A stretch of DNA of 54,644 nucleotides from Octopus bimaculoides (GCF_001194135.2 NC_068982.1:69848097-69902740); one strand, 5' to 3'; numbered from the stretch's first letter, positions 11,820-24,704 are shown. Made by a program: numbers and translations. Notes: generated by a model not told the origin, from the letters alone.

Positions 11820-12799
11820 GGTGGTGGTGTGTGTGTGTGTGTGTGTGTGTGTACACATGCATACAGTGGACTTTTTTCAGTTTCCATCTAACATATCTGC
11901 ACTCATAAGGCTTCTGCTGGCCCAGGCTATCATAGAAGATACTTGTCCAAGATGCCATGCAGTGGAATGGAACCCAAGAGCATATGGTTGGGAGGTGAAC
12001 TTATTAACCACACAGTTCTCTGTGGCTAATACCTATTAGATTCTCCACATATAAATCAGTCAATCAGAGGTAATGATTTAAAAGCACTGAATAGCCTGCC
12101 TGATTACCTTAGATACTGATCATAGGAACACATTGCCAAATCTATGATTCTAGATTGTACTGGCAATGTTTGGTACTATTTCAGCTGAATGTTTTTATTA
12201 CTTAAGACAACCACAAGTGAAATTGTAATCTGTAGTCACTAAAAAGCAACAAGCAATCTTTGTATGTGTCTATAGCTAAAATTGGACCACTTCTTTTATA
12301 TTTACCTTCCTGTAAACTTGAAAGTATGCTCCAATACCTCTTCACCACTACTTAGTCTCTTTTTCCAACTAGGGTAGCCATGCATCTCCTCTGCCGCAAG
12401 ACATCTCCCCTCCTATCATACTTTAATCTCTCATCGCCTGGTACAAAGTCACCTCTCTCAGTACTACTCTCACCTCAGTTGAGGTGGTGGGGAGGTCTTG
12501 TCTTGCAAGTTACTTGGTGACTCACTCATCCTAGTGCCATATAAAAATCACCCTGTACACACTATAAAGTAGATTGGTGTAAAAGGGGTATCCAGCCAGA
12601 GAAACCATGCATACACAGACATTGGAGTTTGGTGCAGTCTCCTGTCAAATTGTCCATTCGAAGTCAGCATAGGAAAGAAACATTAAAAGATGTTTATGAT
12701 GATGATGATGATGACAGAAGTGGAGCCACTCATATACAGGTACAGGATGAGTTTTATGTCTCCTTTTTTTTCAGGAAGATCTTGATGTGTTGGTGAACA

Positions 12800-13590
12800 G
12801 TCTACAGTGTTGGAGAGCATAAAGATTAAAGCTGTAGTTAAGAAATAGTTAGCTGACATAGAGGGCTTGAAGCTATCTGAACATTGGGAAAGATTTACCT
12901 GTATCATGATGATTTGCACCTACTATCAAAATGCTGACATCATGATTGCTGCTCAATGCTCTGTAAACACTGTAATGGATGTAGAGCATGACATGGACAG
13001 CTGCAACAGAGACTACAAAGCTATAGCCAGCAAGAAAGGATTCATCAGTCATTGTGATTACATATGCATGCCACCCACACCTCTGAACAGAGCCTTAGGC
13101 TCAGCTCAGATGGCTATGTGAAGCTGCTGAGGACTATGGTCAAACTCTGGTTGGAAAGGGTTGCTGCCAGAAGCACCAGGATTCACTTCCTAGCCATACC
13201 TCTGGAAAGAGTCAGAAGTGGTTATAGGAGAATTTCTATGACTTCACCAATCCCAATTTCTGACCTCCCAATTCCTGTTGTTGTGATCCCATGGATTACC
13301 AAGTGTGGGACATGGTTGAAAAAGACACCAACCGCTTTGTCTGTAATGTTTAGACCAAGCTGGTAGCAAACATCAAGGAGGTGTTCAAAGATCTTCCCAG
13401 AGACACAGTGAGTAACATATGCATCAGGCTGTGGAATTGTCCTGAGGCCATGGTGGAAGCTGACATTGGCTACTTTGAGTAAACTGTTATCTCCCAGCTA
13501 TAATCTAGTTGAAATTTTGATTTTTTTGAATATTTTTATTCTTGGATGGGATATTGTGTTTTCTTTTTCTTTTATGCAAACTGTCAAATT
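12800..13590 (+). mobile_element. Internally deleted Tc1/mariner-superfamily transposon (copy 1)
   Basis: Frameshifted transposase C-terminus WLERVAA...HTSGKSQKWL.ENFYDFTNPNF.PPNS...MDYQVWDMVEKDTN...IKEVFKDLPRDTV...EAMVEADIGYFE. Homologous to 39680-40420 in inverse orientation. Confidence 0.75.
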
Positions 13591-13600
13591 TTATACATAT

Positions 13601-13998
13601 GTTGTTGTTGTTGTTGTTGTTGGCACTCCGTTGCTTACGACGTCAAGGGTTTCAGTTGATCTGATCAACAGAACAGCCTGCTCATGAAATTAACGTGCAA
13701 GTGGCTGAGCATTCCACAGACACGTGTACCCTTAATGTAGTTCTTGGGGATATTCAGCGTGACACAGTGTGACAAGGCTGACCCTTTGACTTACAGGCAC
13801 AACAGAAACAGGAAGTAAGAGTGAGAGAAAGTTGTGGTGAAAGAGTACAGCAGGGTTCGCCACCATCCCCTGCCGGAGCCTCATGGAGCTTTAGGTGTTT
13901 TCGCTCAATAAACACTCACAACGGCCGGTCTGGGAATCGAAACCGCGATCTTATGACTGCGAGTCTGCTGCCCTAACCACTGGGCCATTGCACCTCCA
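13601..13998 (-). mobile_element. SINE family A copy
   Basis: Full-length match to the 10215-10593 element, with a (GTT)n tail at 13601-13620. Confidence 0.85.
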
Positions 13999-16510
13999 CT
14001 TTTATACATATATACAATATCTTATTTACCCAGAATGACCAACAGTAGTAAGACTTGAACTCAGAGATCTAGCAAGGTATTTAGTCCAATACTGTTCTAC
14101 TTGCTATTCTCTTCCTGCAATAAATTGTATTATTTATAGAAGCCTAAACTATTCATAACTTCATGTGAGAAACATGTTTGGCGAGCTGGCAGAATCGTTA
14201 GCACGCCGGGCGAAATGGTTAGCGCTATTTCCTCTGCTGCTATGTTCTGAGTTCAAATTCCGCCGAGGTCAACTTTGCCTTTCATCCTCTCCGGGTCGAT
14301 TAAATAAGTACCAATTATGCACTGGAGTTGATATAATCAACTTAATCCATTTGTCTGTCCTTGTTTGTCCCTTCTGTGTGTAGCCCATTGTGGGCAGTAA
14401 AGAAATAAGAAACATGTTTGGCCATGAGGAAATATTACCTTACTTGGAAACAGGTTGAGGGCTACTTCAATAAATTCCATCTAACCCATGCAAGCATAGA
14501 AAAGTGGACATTAAATGACAATGATGATTGTGGTGGTGACGATGATGATGATGATGATGCCATTAAAGGTACTTGTCTGTCTTGAGATTTTAAAAACCAT
14601 GAAATAAAACAATGAAAAAATAATGAATTACATAAAATAGTGAAAAGTGACCAAAATCTAATTGGAATCAATTGCCATCAATTCTGTTCAATTTCAATAA
14701 GATAGATAACAAGTAAAAATAATAAAAAATCAATGACTTGCAAATGTGATAATGCAGTCAATAATTCCTTTGAACGCTGTAACTTATTCAACCAAATCTT
14801 TAAATAGTTTCTCTTGTTTAAACTCACATATTTATTTTTGTTTTTTTTGTCTCTTTACTATCATTTACCTCGCAATCAATAGTGCAATAGTATGTTACAG
14901 TACATTTATCAGAATATAATACCTATTAATTACCAAAATAAATCAATACTGTTCAATACTAGGATCCCAATCCCATATAAAAAAAGAAAATCAAAGTGTA
15001 TTAATGTAGAATCAATTCCAGTTAGGCAGCATGGAATGCGATGACATTTCTTGTTTGTGTATTTTTCTTTTTCGTTTTCTTTGCCATTGTCCTCCTGTGA
15101 CATTGATATAAGTATAATGGGTTACTAGAATAGAAACATCAGTTGTCTGAATTTCTTTTGATAGAGGAAGGAATATTAGATTTCCAGATTAGATAGGGGG
15201 AGTCATTGTCATCATCATCACCACCACCACCATTATTACCATCCTCCTCCTCATCATCATCATTATCTTCTTTTCACACCCTCTTTTCTATACTGGTGTG
15301 GGTTGGATGATTCAACAGAAACCGGTGAGCTAGAAGAGTGCATTGCACTCCCAATGTCTGCTTTGGTATGGATTCTGCAGCCCCGACACCCTTCCGCATG
15401 CTGACCACTTCACAGTGTGTACTGAGTGCTTTTTTTTCATGTCACCAACACTGGTGGTTACCAAGTACTTGCAAAATAAAATCCCCACCTCCTCAAGTGA
15501 GCAGGGTAATCTATTAAGGAATGGGTAAAAAAAATGATTGAAGGACAGGAACAGGTTTCTTGCTGAAGAGGTAAATAAATACCTGCCCCCTCTAAGTTGG
15601 AAAATGAAAGAGAAAGAAAGACATGAGAAACTAAGGTTTTCATAAAAAGGCATAGTCTACCAAACAACATGACATCTCTATCTCTTGTCTTGAAAACCAT
15701 ATCATTATTACTATCACTATGTAAGGCAGCAAGCTAACAGAAGATAAAGGCATGAAGGAAAAACAGATGAAATGCTTAGTAGCGTTTCATCTGTCTTTAC
15801 CTTCTCAGTTCAAATTCCACTGAGGTCGACTTTACCTTTCATCCTTTTGGGGTTGATAAAATAAGTATCAGTTGAGTCCTGGGGTCGATGTAATCAACTA
15901 GCCCCCCCCCCCACCACCACCACACACACACACACAATTCCCTAAAATTGCTGACCTTGTGCCAGAATTTGAAACCATTGCTATCATCACCATTACTATC
16001 TTGCCACTCTCCCTCACTCTCTTCTACATCCTTCTACTTTCCCCAGCTCATGTGTCATTGGTTATCTATCACTTATTATATCCACCCTTTTCCTACCTCC
16101 CATCAGCCACNNNNNNNNNNNNNNNNNNNNNNNNNNNNNNNNNNNNNNNNNNNNNNNNNNNNNNNNNNNNNNNNNNNNNNNNNNNNNNNNNNNNNNNNNN
16201 NNNNNNNNNNNNNNNNNNNNNNNNNNNNNNNNNNNNNNNNNNNNNNNNNNNNNNNNNNNNNNNNNNNNNNNNNNNNNNNNNNNNNNNNNNNNNNNNNNNN
16301 NNNNNNNNNNNNNNNNNNNNNNNNNNNNNNNNNNNNNNNNNNNNNNNNNNNNNNNNNNNNNNNNNNNNNNNNNNNNNNNNNNNNNNNNNNNNNNNNNNNN
16401 NNNNNNNNNNNNNNNNNNNNNNNNNNNNNNNNNNNNNNNNNNNNNNNNNNNNNNNNNNNNNNNNNNNNNNNNNNNNNNNNNNNNNNNNNNNNNNNNNNNN
16501 NNNNNNNNNN

Positions 16511-16553
<43 letters not shown>

Positions 16554-17109
16554 ATGTGTGTACATGTTTGTCCCCCCAACATCGCTTGACAACCGATACT
16601 GGTGTATTTACGTCCCCGTAACTTAGCGGTCGGCAAAAGAGACAGATAGAATAAGTACTAGGTTTCCAAAGAATAAGTCCTGGGGTCGATTTGCTCTACT
16701 AAAAGTGGTGCTCCAGTATGGCCACAGTCAAATGACTGAAACAAGTAAGAGAGTAAGAGAGTAACTATGCAACTCCTCTGCAGTAAGAACCTGCTCCTTC
16801 CCTTCTTTCATACTTTCATCCCTCATTTCTTTGCACGAAGCTACCCCCTATCACCCTTGAGGTTTTAGTCTTGCAAGCTACAAGAAAAACTCACCAGCAC
16901 CAGTGGAACAAGAAAAGCACTCAGTATATGCATTAAAGGGGTTGACATTAGGAAAGACATTGAGCTTCAGAAACCATGCCAAAATGGATACTGAAATACA
17001 GTGCAGCCCTTGGATCCATCAGACCCTGTCAAACAGTCTGACACATGCCAGCATGCAACATGGATGTTAAATGATGTAGTAGTAGTAGTAGTAGTATCAC
17101 AGTATTAAA

Positions 17110-17373
17110 GCAGCTCACAGTATTAAAGATCCGCTTTGACTGAGTGGAAGTAAAGTAGAGATAGGGGAGGTTTTACCACATAAAAAGCACCCAATGCACT
17201 TATTTAAGTGGTTGGTGTTCAGAAGGGCATCCAACCAATAGAAACCCTGCCAAAGCAGACACTGGAATTTGGTACAGTCCTCTGGCTTGCCAGCTCCTGT
17301 CAAACTGTCCAAACCATGCCAGCATGTCAAATGAACATTAAATAATGACGACGATGACCATCATCATCATCAT
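17110..17373 (+). repeat. Direct repeat, copy 1 (~260 bp, ~96% identical to 19902-20165)
   Basis: Manual alignment gives about 10 substitutions in about 250 bp. The match includes the non-SINE flank GCAGCTCACA.TATTAAAGATCCGCTTTGACTGA. Confidence 0.9.
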
Positions 17374-17424
<51 letters not shown>

Positions 17425-17956
17425 AAATCCTTAGCTGGCAACCAGAAAGGGATGCCATACTCTCAACCAAAACACTGCAGTGGTCACCATTGGATGACAG
17501 ACTGGTGATGATGTTAATCCATGCTTTCAGATCCATGGCACTAACCTTAGCAGGCTTGAGGTTGAGGTGCTGTGACTTCAGGCCTTCTTCAGTTTGTTTC
17601 ACCTGTGTCTTCTTTGGTATACTGCGCTGGATTCTCCAGTGCATGGGTCACTACCACCACCACAAAAGTTGGTAGTCTTCTGGTGCTCATCCTACAGATG
17701 GTTGGTTGCTGCCATCTTTGCTCTTGGGTGTTAAATGATGATGAGTAACAAGTAAGAAGTTTGTTTTGCAGTCATGTGGTTCAAGGTTTCATTTCACATT
17801 GCCTCACGCCATTATTTTCTTTCAGGTTCTCCAACCCAAAATTTGTGAGTGAAACTTAATTGATGCAAACTTTGTTAGCAGTAATATAAAGTTGGGGGGG
17901 GGGGGAGAAAGAAAAAAGAGAGAAAAGAAAGAAAGAAAAGAGGAAGAATTTCTTAC

Positions 17957-18131
17957 CTTGTCTTTGTATTCAATGAATTCATTGAAAGCTTTAGTAGACA
18001 AATCCTTGTTCTCTGCTTTCGCATCTTCTACACATTGCCAAAATGTATCCACTTCATCTTTTATTTTGATGTGTTCCACAGTGCCAAAATTGAAGATTTG
18101 ATTAGACAAAGCTAATATTTTTGCTTTGAAA
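17957..18131 (-). CDS. DRC3: DRC3 coding exon (FKAKILALSNQIFNFG...FIEYKDK), 175 nt, phase 2-0
   Basis: Donor AAG|GTAAGA at 17956. 1 nt plus 58 open codons align to vertebrate YKDKFVIICVNIFEYG...ELDTF. The acceptor is non-canonical (..CTCCAT|) and follows a U12 branch point. Confidence 0.88.
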
Positions 18132-18286
18132 ATGGAGAAGTTAAGGAAATGTCAACATGGTCTCACAAATAAAAAAAAACTGGTTTCTAGCCCATTATAT
18201 GTAAACAAACATAAGTTGGTTTTGAAGTGCTGAAATGTATTGTAGAACAAGTAGAAAGATATATTTTTCAACGCATAAATACTGAC

Positions 18287-18382
18287 AGAACAGCATATAT
18301 AGGATAAAATCCTTTTAGAGCATGGCTGGTCACTGACAAATTTTTCTGCTCTAAAAGGATTTTATCCTATATATGCTGTTCT
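18287..18382. repeat. Perfect 36-bp inverted repeat with 24-nt loop
   Basis: AGAACAGCATATATAGGATAAAATCCTTTTAGAGCA (18287-18322) is the exact reverse complement of 18347-18382. Confidence 0.95.
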
Positions 18383-18386
18383 ATTG

Positions 18387-18767
18387 TGGAGGCGCAATAG
18401 CCCAGTGGTTAGGGCAGCAGACTCACGGTCATAGGATTGCAGTTTCAATTCCCAGACCGGGCCTTGTGAGTGTTTATTGAGCGAAAACACCTAAAGCTCC
18501 ACCAGGCTCTGGCAGGGGATGGTGGCGAACCCTGCTGTACTCTTTCACCACAACTTTCTCTCACTCTTACTTCCTGTTTCTGTTGTGCCTGTAATTCAAA
18601 GGGTCAGCCTTGTCACACTGTGTCATGCTGAATATCCCTAAGAACTATGTTAAGGGTACACGTGTCTGTGGAGTCCTCAGCCACTTGCACGTTAATTTCA
18701 CAAGTAGGCTGTTCCGTCGATCGGATCAACTGGAACCCTTGACGTCGCAAGCGACGAAGTGCCAACA
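18387..18767 (+). mobile_element. SINE family A copy with 10-bp target-site duplication
   Basis: Full-length element. GCTGTTCTAT occurs at 18376-18385 and 18769-18778. Confidence 0.88.
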
Positions 18768-19901
18768 AGCTGTTCTATCAGAATTTACATGTTGAAAAAT
18801 ATAGCTTCTATTCATTGTAAATCAAAAATGTGAAGAAACAATTGAATGTTTTATCTATGAACACATTGACCTTCCAATAAGACTCAAGTAACTATGCATC
18901 TGGGGAGGAGATTCCACAATGGTACAGTCATCATCATTATCATCACTTAATGTTCCCTTTTCCATGCATGCATGGGTTGGACAGATTTGATTAATTATAA
19001 TTTTTTTTTCCTTACAAATTACAAGTTTATCTTTAGCTAATCTGTATTTAACCCTTTAGCATTCAGATTACTCTGACAAATGTAATGCTTATTTATTCAC
19101 ATTGCTTTTGAATTAATCATGCATTATCTCATGGCTTTGAGATTTCAATGATGTGGTTGTTTATTTTTAAAATAGAATAACATTGTAGGGGAGGTGCAAG
19201 AGGCCAGATCAGGCCAGTTTGAAAATAAAACAGGTAAAATATTTGGGCTAGATATACCTTTCTACTCTAGGCACAAGGCCCGAAATTTTTTGGGGAGAGT
19301 GCCAGTAGATTAGATCGATCCCAGTATGCAACTGGTACTTAATTTATCGACCCCAAAAGGACGAAAGGCAAAGTTGACCTCAGTGGAATTTGAATTCAGA
19401 ACATAAAGACAGACAAAATACCACTAAGCATTTCCCCCAGCATGCTAACATCTCTGCCAGCTCGCTGCCTTTATTTGGGCCAGATATAGTCAGTTTAAAT
19501 GCTAATCAGAAAACATTGGTATTTATTTAACCAGCAAGCAGCAGTTTTATTAATATCTAGTTTTCTATGCTTGGGTGAGTGTATACTGAAGCAGAGATTC
19601 TATGACCAAATGCCCTTCCTGTCACCAACTCCCACTTGTTTCCAACTAGGGTAATTATCTCCCACTCTACTGAACAATCAACAACCTGAACATGTTATGT
19701 GTAAAGAACTGAAATCAAATGACTCTGTATGAATGAGCCCTTTGTTAAAAAGATCACTCAACAAGTCAAGAAACCCAAACATGCTTTCATGGTGGACTAC
19801 AAGCAGATGATACTGACAGGAAGTCATAGTTTACAAACCAGTGAAAATGAGGATGCTCTGTCCCCACCTTCTCATAGTTCAATCCCTTAGTATGATGCTA
19901 C

Positions 19902-20165
19902 GCAGCTCACAATATTAAAGATCCGCTTTGACTGAATGGAAGTAAAGTAGAGATGGGGAAGGTTTTACCACATAAAAAACACCAAATACACTTATTTAAG
20001 TGGTTGGTGTTCAGAAGGGCATCAAACCAATAGAAACCCTGCCAAAGCAGACACTGGAATTTGGTACAGTCCTCTGGCTTGCCAGCTCCTGTCAAACTGT
20101 CCAAACCATGCTAACATGTCAAATGAACATTAAATAATGACGACGATGACGACCATCATCATCAT
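19902..20165 (+). repeat. Direct repeat, copy 2
   Basis: Near-identical to 17110-17373, offset by 2792 bp. Confidence 0.9.
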
Positions 20166-20697
20166 CGTCATCATTTAAAGTATGAAAGAATGGGCCCAAA
20201 CAGGTTTCTTACGGTAGAACCACATGGCTACTCAACTTACAGAAGAGAGAGTGAGAGTAACTAAGATGGAACTGGAAAGAGAAATGAAATATCCAAGAAG
20301 GTGAATAAAAGTTGAGTGGGGACAAAAGAACAAGAACTGTGGACAGGTAGAGGTCACAAGAATGTACAGGGAGAGTGGGAGATGAATAGGGGTAATGGGG
20401 TGGATATAATGAATGAAGAAGAAGGGTTTAGAGGTGGTTGATAATAAATATGAGTTAGAGGGAGTGCAGGGAAGAGTAGGTGGTGATTGTATAGATTAGG
20501 TGAAAATGGAAAAGGAAGAATGGACTCAGCTTCCTAAAGACTTGCTTCTACTATGTAATGCTTACTACAAAAATTCCACATTAAAGAATAAATAAGTCAC
20601 TTTTTACCTTTGTACTATGTGATTTACCTATGGATCAATTTGTTAAAATGGTATATATGAAAATGCATCAAGAGATATACGATAAAGTCATGGATAT

Positions 20698-20810
20698 TAG
20701 ACCATTTCTTCTGCAATACCAGGCATTTCATTCAGTTTCCTGCCTTCAACATCATCTGCATACAAGCTTGTAAAAAGAAGATCATCTTTGAAGCTTTCTA
20801 CATATGCCTC
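20698..20810 (-). CDS. DRC3: DRC3 coding exon (EAYVESFKDDLLFTSLYADDVEGRKLNEMPGIAEEMV+TA), 113 nt, phase 0-2
   Basis: Acceptor ATTTTGCAG. Aligns to vertebrate TAFVEHLNGSFLFDSMYAEDSEGNNLSYLPGVGELLE. Ends at the U12 donor ATATCC. Confidence 0.9.
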
Positions 20811-21731
20811 CTGCAAAATGGAGAAGAACAATTTCTTTAATACAAAATATAACATAACAAGCAAAATGTGTATGTGTGTGTACATATATATCAGATTTAT
20901 GTTAGAAAAACAAAGAAAAGAAGATGCTTTTGAGAACTTTTGAGAACTTAATCAAAGATAAAAGTAAGAAAGTATTGTTTTATCAAAATATGCAACCAAT
21001 TTCAATCACTTTCAAAAGATTATTTAGTAAGGCTTAAATAAAAGGAAAAATAAATTAAAATAAATTAAACTAATATTTTATGATATCAAGTTCACCACAA
21101 GCAGCAGGAGTGCCTATCAGCATGACTAAATCCTCTTAAAATGACTGAAACTGGTTGCATATTTTGGTAAAAATTGTAAATACTTTCTTACTTTTATCCA
21201 TGATTAAGTTCTCAAAGCATTTTCCTCTTTTTGTTTGAGCCAAAAGCTAATCTTTATACTCTATGGTTGTGTACACAGAGATTTCAGTGCATTGCTTTGT
21301 TATTTTTTGCTGTTAAAATGGCTCTGTCGCTATCACAGAAGCAACAACGCTAAAATAGACACCGGAACATGACACAATCCTCTGACTTGTCAGATCCTGT
21401 TGAACTGTAAGGTGGCAAGCTGGCAGAAACGTTAGCATGCTGGGCAAAATGCTTACCGGTATTTCATCTGCCGTTATGTTCTGAGTTCAAATTCCGCCAA
21501 GGTTGACTTTGCCTTTCATTCTTTCGGGGTCGATAAATTAAGTACCAGTTACGCACTGGGGTCGATATAATCGACTTAATCCCTTTGTCTGTCCTTGTTC
21601 ATCCCCTCTATGTTTAGCCTCTTGTGGGCAATAAAGAAATAAGATCCTGTTGAACTGTTTAACCAATGCCAGTATGGAAGATGAATGTTAATGATAATAA
21701 GGATATCTCTGTGTATGTGTGTGATGTGTGA

Positions 21732-21768
<37 letters not shown>

Positions 21769-23907
21769 AGGCAATGGCCCAGTGGTTAGGGTGTTGTACT
21801 TACAATCACAAGATCATGGTTTTGATCCCCAGACCAATAGTGCATTGTGTTTCTGGGCAAAGCACTTCATTTCACATTGCTCCAGTCCACTCATTTGTAA
21901 ATGGGTAACCCTGCAGCAGACTGGTTTTCCATTCAAGGGAAATGTTGGCCTGCCTGCTTAGCCAGTCAGGTCACATCATTCAAAAGCTATCAAAATTTGA
22001 GGAAGCACATTGTGACCAGCAGTGTAGGACAACATCTGATAGGCTGGTCAATACAGTGATATATTATCATCATCATCATTTAACATCCGTTTTCCATGCT
22101 GGCATGGGTTGGTTAATGGCTTGACAAGAGCTTACTAGTTGAAGGACTGTTCAAGCTCTCTGTTTGTTTTGGCATAGTTTCTATGGCTGGATGCCCTTCC
22201 TAACACCAACCACTTTACAGAGTGTACTGGGTGCTTTTATGCAGCACCGGCACAGGTGCTTTTTACATGGCACCAGCACCTATGAGCCCATGAGATTAGG
22301 GATGCTCAGCTGGAGAGGATTGCAAGGGGTGAGCCTGTCTGCAATTTAAATACACAACTGAAAGAGCTACCAATAGTTTCATACTCTTATGATACTTGAT
22401 CAAGAATATTTATAAAATATGCCATGTATCTTAAAGCAAGCACAGTGCTTGTTTATATGTTTGGTTGGTTTAGAATGGCATAAGTGGCCTTGGGCCACTT
22501 ATATATGCTACTTCTCCATACTTTTACTTTTTATTTTTATTTACTTTTTCATTTACATCTACCCCTATAATAGTCTAAGCTTGCCCTTGGTTTTTAAATT
22601 TAACTGACCAATTATATTGATGGCTGGGCTTTGGTCAATCCCATTATGGACAACAGGTGGTTGGTCTTTAAAATATATCAGTAAGTATATTAATGTAATA
22701 ATTTTATGGGCATGTTATTTGGATAAATATTAATTAGTACTATTTACAAAATCTTAAGTACTATTCTTTTTCTAAACCTATTGGCGAATCCCATTATACT
22801 AAAGTACTTGTTTTATTTTTATATTATTTATACACCCTGGTACCCCAAAAGAAAGATTGATCCACCAATTAATTTTCTAGTTTAGTCATTTGCTCATCGA
22901 CTTCAAGCATTACACTGCAAAATGGTATGATTCAAATATATTAAGCCTTCTTTCCTAATCTTGAGACCCTGTTCTTTTCTCTTCTCTTCTTTTATTTTAT
23001 GTATTTGTCTACACTCTGATGAAGTTCAGATGTGCTATAGTATATGATGAATATTATTCACAGAATTTTCTTTGGCAGCAGTGACAGACATTGGAAGCAG
23101 AAATGGTAGTCAATTTATTTGTTGATCAAGAATTTTCTCCATTTTCCTGCTTAATTTAAATCTGATTCCTGATAAACTCTTGTTTATTTTGTTATTGCCT
23201 GTATCCTATGAACATAGTATGCTTGCATATCCATGCCCAGGGTTAACATAGGTAATTTATTCTGGTTGTAAAAACAGATATTCTTATCCCTTAGACAGTT
23301 ATTCCAACTACTAACTCTACTAACCTGTATATTATATATATATATATATAGTTGAAATTTACAGAAAAACAAAAGACGAAGACAGGTGTATAAACAAACA
23401 AGCAGGTGTATTAATTTGACACATGGGAAGGTGACAAAGCCGTTTATGTTTTGAGCCTATGCTCTTCGACAGAAAGGAACAGAAGGAAATAAACAGAGAG
23501 AGAATTAAAAAAAGTTGTGGATTTAGCAGTCAATCATGGTGACTGGTTGGAAAAAAGGTAGTTGGACAGGAGAGCTAGGAAGAAGGGGAGATAACAAAGT
23601 ACTGGTGATCCCAAAATGAAAGTGTGCATGTGTGTGTGTATGTGAGAGTGTGTAACTGTGTGCATGCTAGTCAGCCATCCCTATACTTCAGTAGCTGAAT
23701 AATTTTCAGTGTCTCCAATGTGTTAATTAATGAAGGTAAACATAATATGAGGTCAGTGTCATCAGTATGTCTGCTAGGGCTTAATACAGATTGTCAGTAA
23801 GGTCACAAGATGATTTCAAAATGTGTCTCAACAACATCTACTCAGATGCATAAAGCTTTTGTTCTCAAGTTAGTCACCTGCTGTTCATGTGAGGGCATCT
23901 TTTTTAT

Positions 23908-23909
<2 letters not shown>

Positions 23910-23948
<39 letters not shown>

Positions 23949-24260
23949 TGCACACATATAGCTTGTTTCTCTCTCTTTTTCATTTCTTCCTTCTTTTTCT
24001 TCTTCCACCACCTATCTATTGTTCTGTCTGTCTGTCTGTCTCTCTCTCTATCTATCTATGTATCTATCTAGCTATCTATCTGTCTGTCTATCTCTCTCTC
24101 TCTTTCTATCTATCTATCTATCTATCTATCTATATCTTTATCTATCCGTCTCTCTCTCTCTCTCTCTCTCTCACCATATCTCTCTCTCTCTCACCATATC
24201 TCTCTCTCTCTCTCACCATCTCTCTCTTTCTCTCTATCTACCTATCTATCCACTCTCTAT
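23910..24260. repeat. Compound (CA)n/(TCTA)n/(TC)n microsatellite
   Basis: Read directly; it generates the spurious ORFs 23810-24280 and 24019-24375. Confidence 0.9.
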
Positions 24261-24704
24261 TTATCTGTCTACTTGTCTAACCCTGCACATATTGTTTGTT
24301 ATTTCACATCTTGGTGCCGCTATTCTTAGCAGAATAAAAATTCCAATGCATTTGTTATTGCTGTTGCTGCTGTGATAGTACTGTTTACACTGGTTGAGAC
24401 AGAGGTAGTTGTGTGATGTTTGTGTAGTGTCTATATTTTGTGATGGCCAATGTCAGAGTAGTGATTGTGATATATCTTTTTATCCTTCACTTGTTTCAGT
24501 CATTAGACTGCGGTCATGCTGGAGCACTGCCTTGAAAATTTTTAGTCAAATGAAGTGATTTCAGTACTTATTTTACCCTTTTTACTAGCACATATTCTAT
24601 CAGTCTCTTTGCTGAACTGTTAAATTATGGGGACATAAACACACCAACGTCAGTTGTCAAGCAATGGCACAAAGACACACACACTAGCAAATATATAAAT
24701 ATAC

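Larger units (their letters stand above)
18132..20697 (-). other. DRC3: U12-type (minor spliceosome) intron with AT-AT termini, 2566 nt, phase 2
   Basis: 5' site |ATATCCATG at 20697. Branch point TTTCCTTAAC at 18149-18140, then 8 nt (TTCTCCAT) to the exon. The junction GTC TA|T TTC AAA restores frame and homology. Confidence 0.8.

Noticed and set aside
11254-11958. 234-aa and 162-aa ORFs with poly-His/poly-Pro
   Set aside because: Built from (CA)n, (GGT)n and (GAT)n tracts plus SINE sequence; no domain or splice support.
18123-18131. Canonical AG acceptor (TTCAAAG|C) for the 18131 exon
   Set aside because: With the ATATCC donor it gives TAC AAA AAT ATT AGC TTT GTC TAA, a frameshift and stop, and it loses the aligned FKA residues.
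18387-18460. tRNA-like heads here and at 25961, 13930-13998 and 10520-10593
   Set aside because: They continue into about 300 bp of shared SINE body with TSDs, so they are SINE heads, not tRNA genes.
20698-20703. GT donor ATG|GTCTAA as a U2 alternative
   Set aside because: Poor consensus, and pairing with the nearby AG sites is out of frame (CAA AAA TAT TAG).
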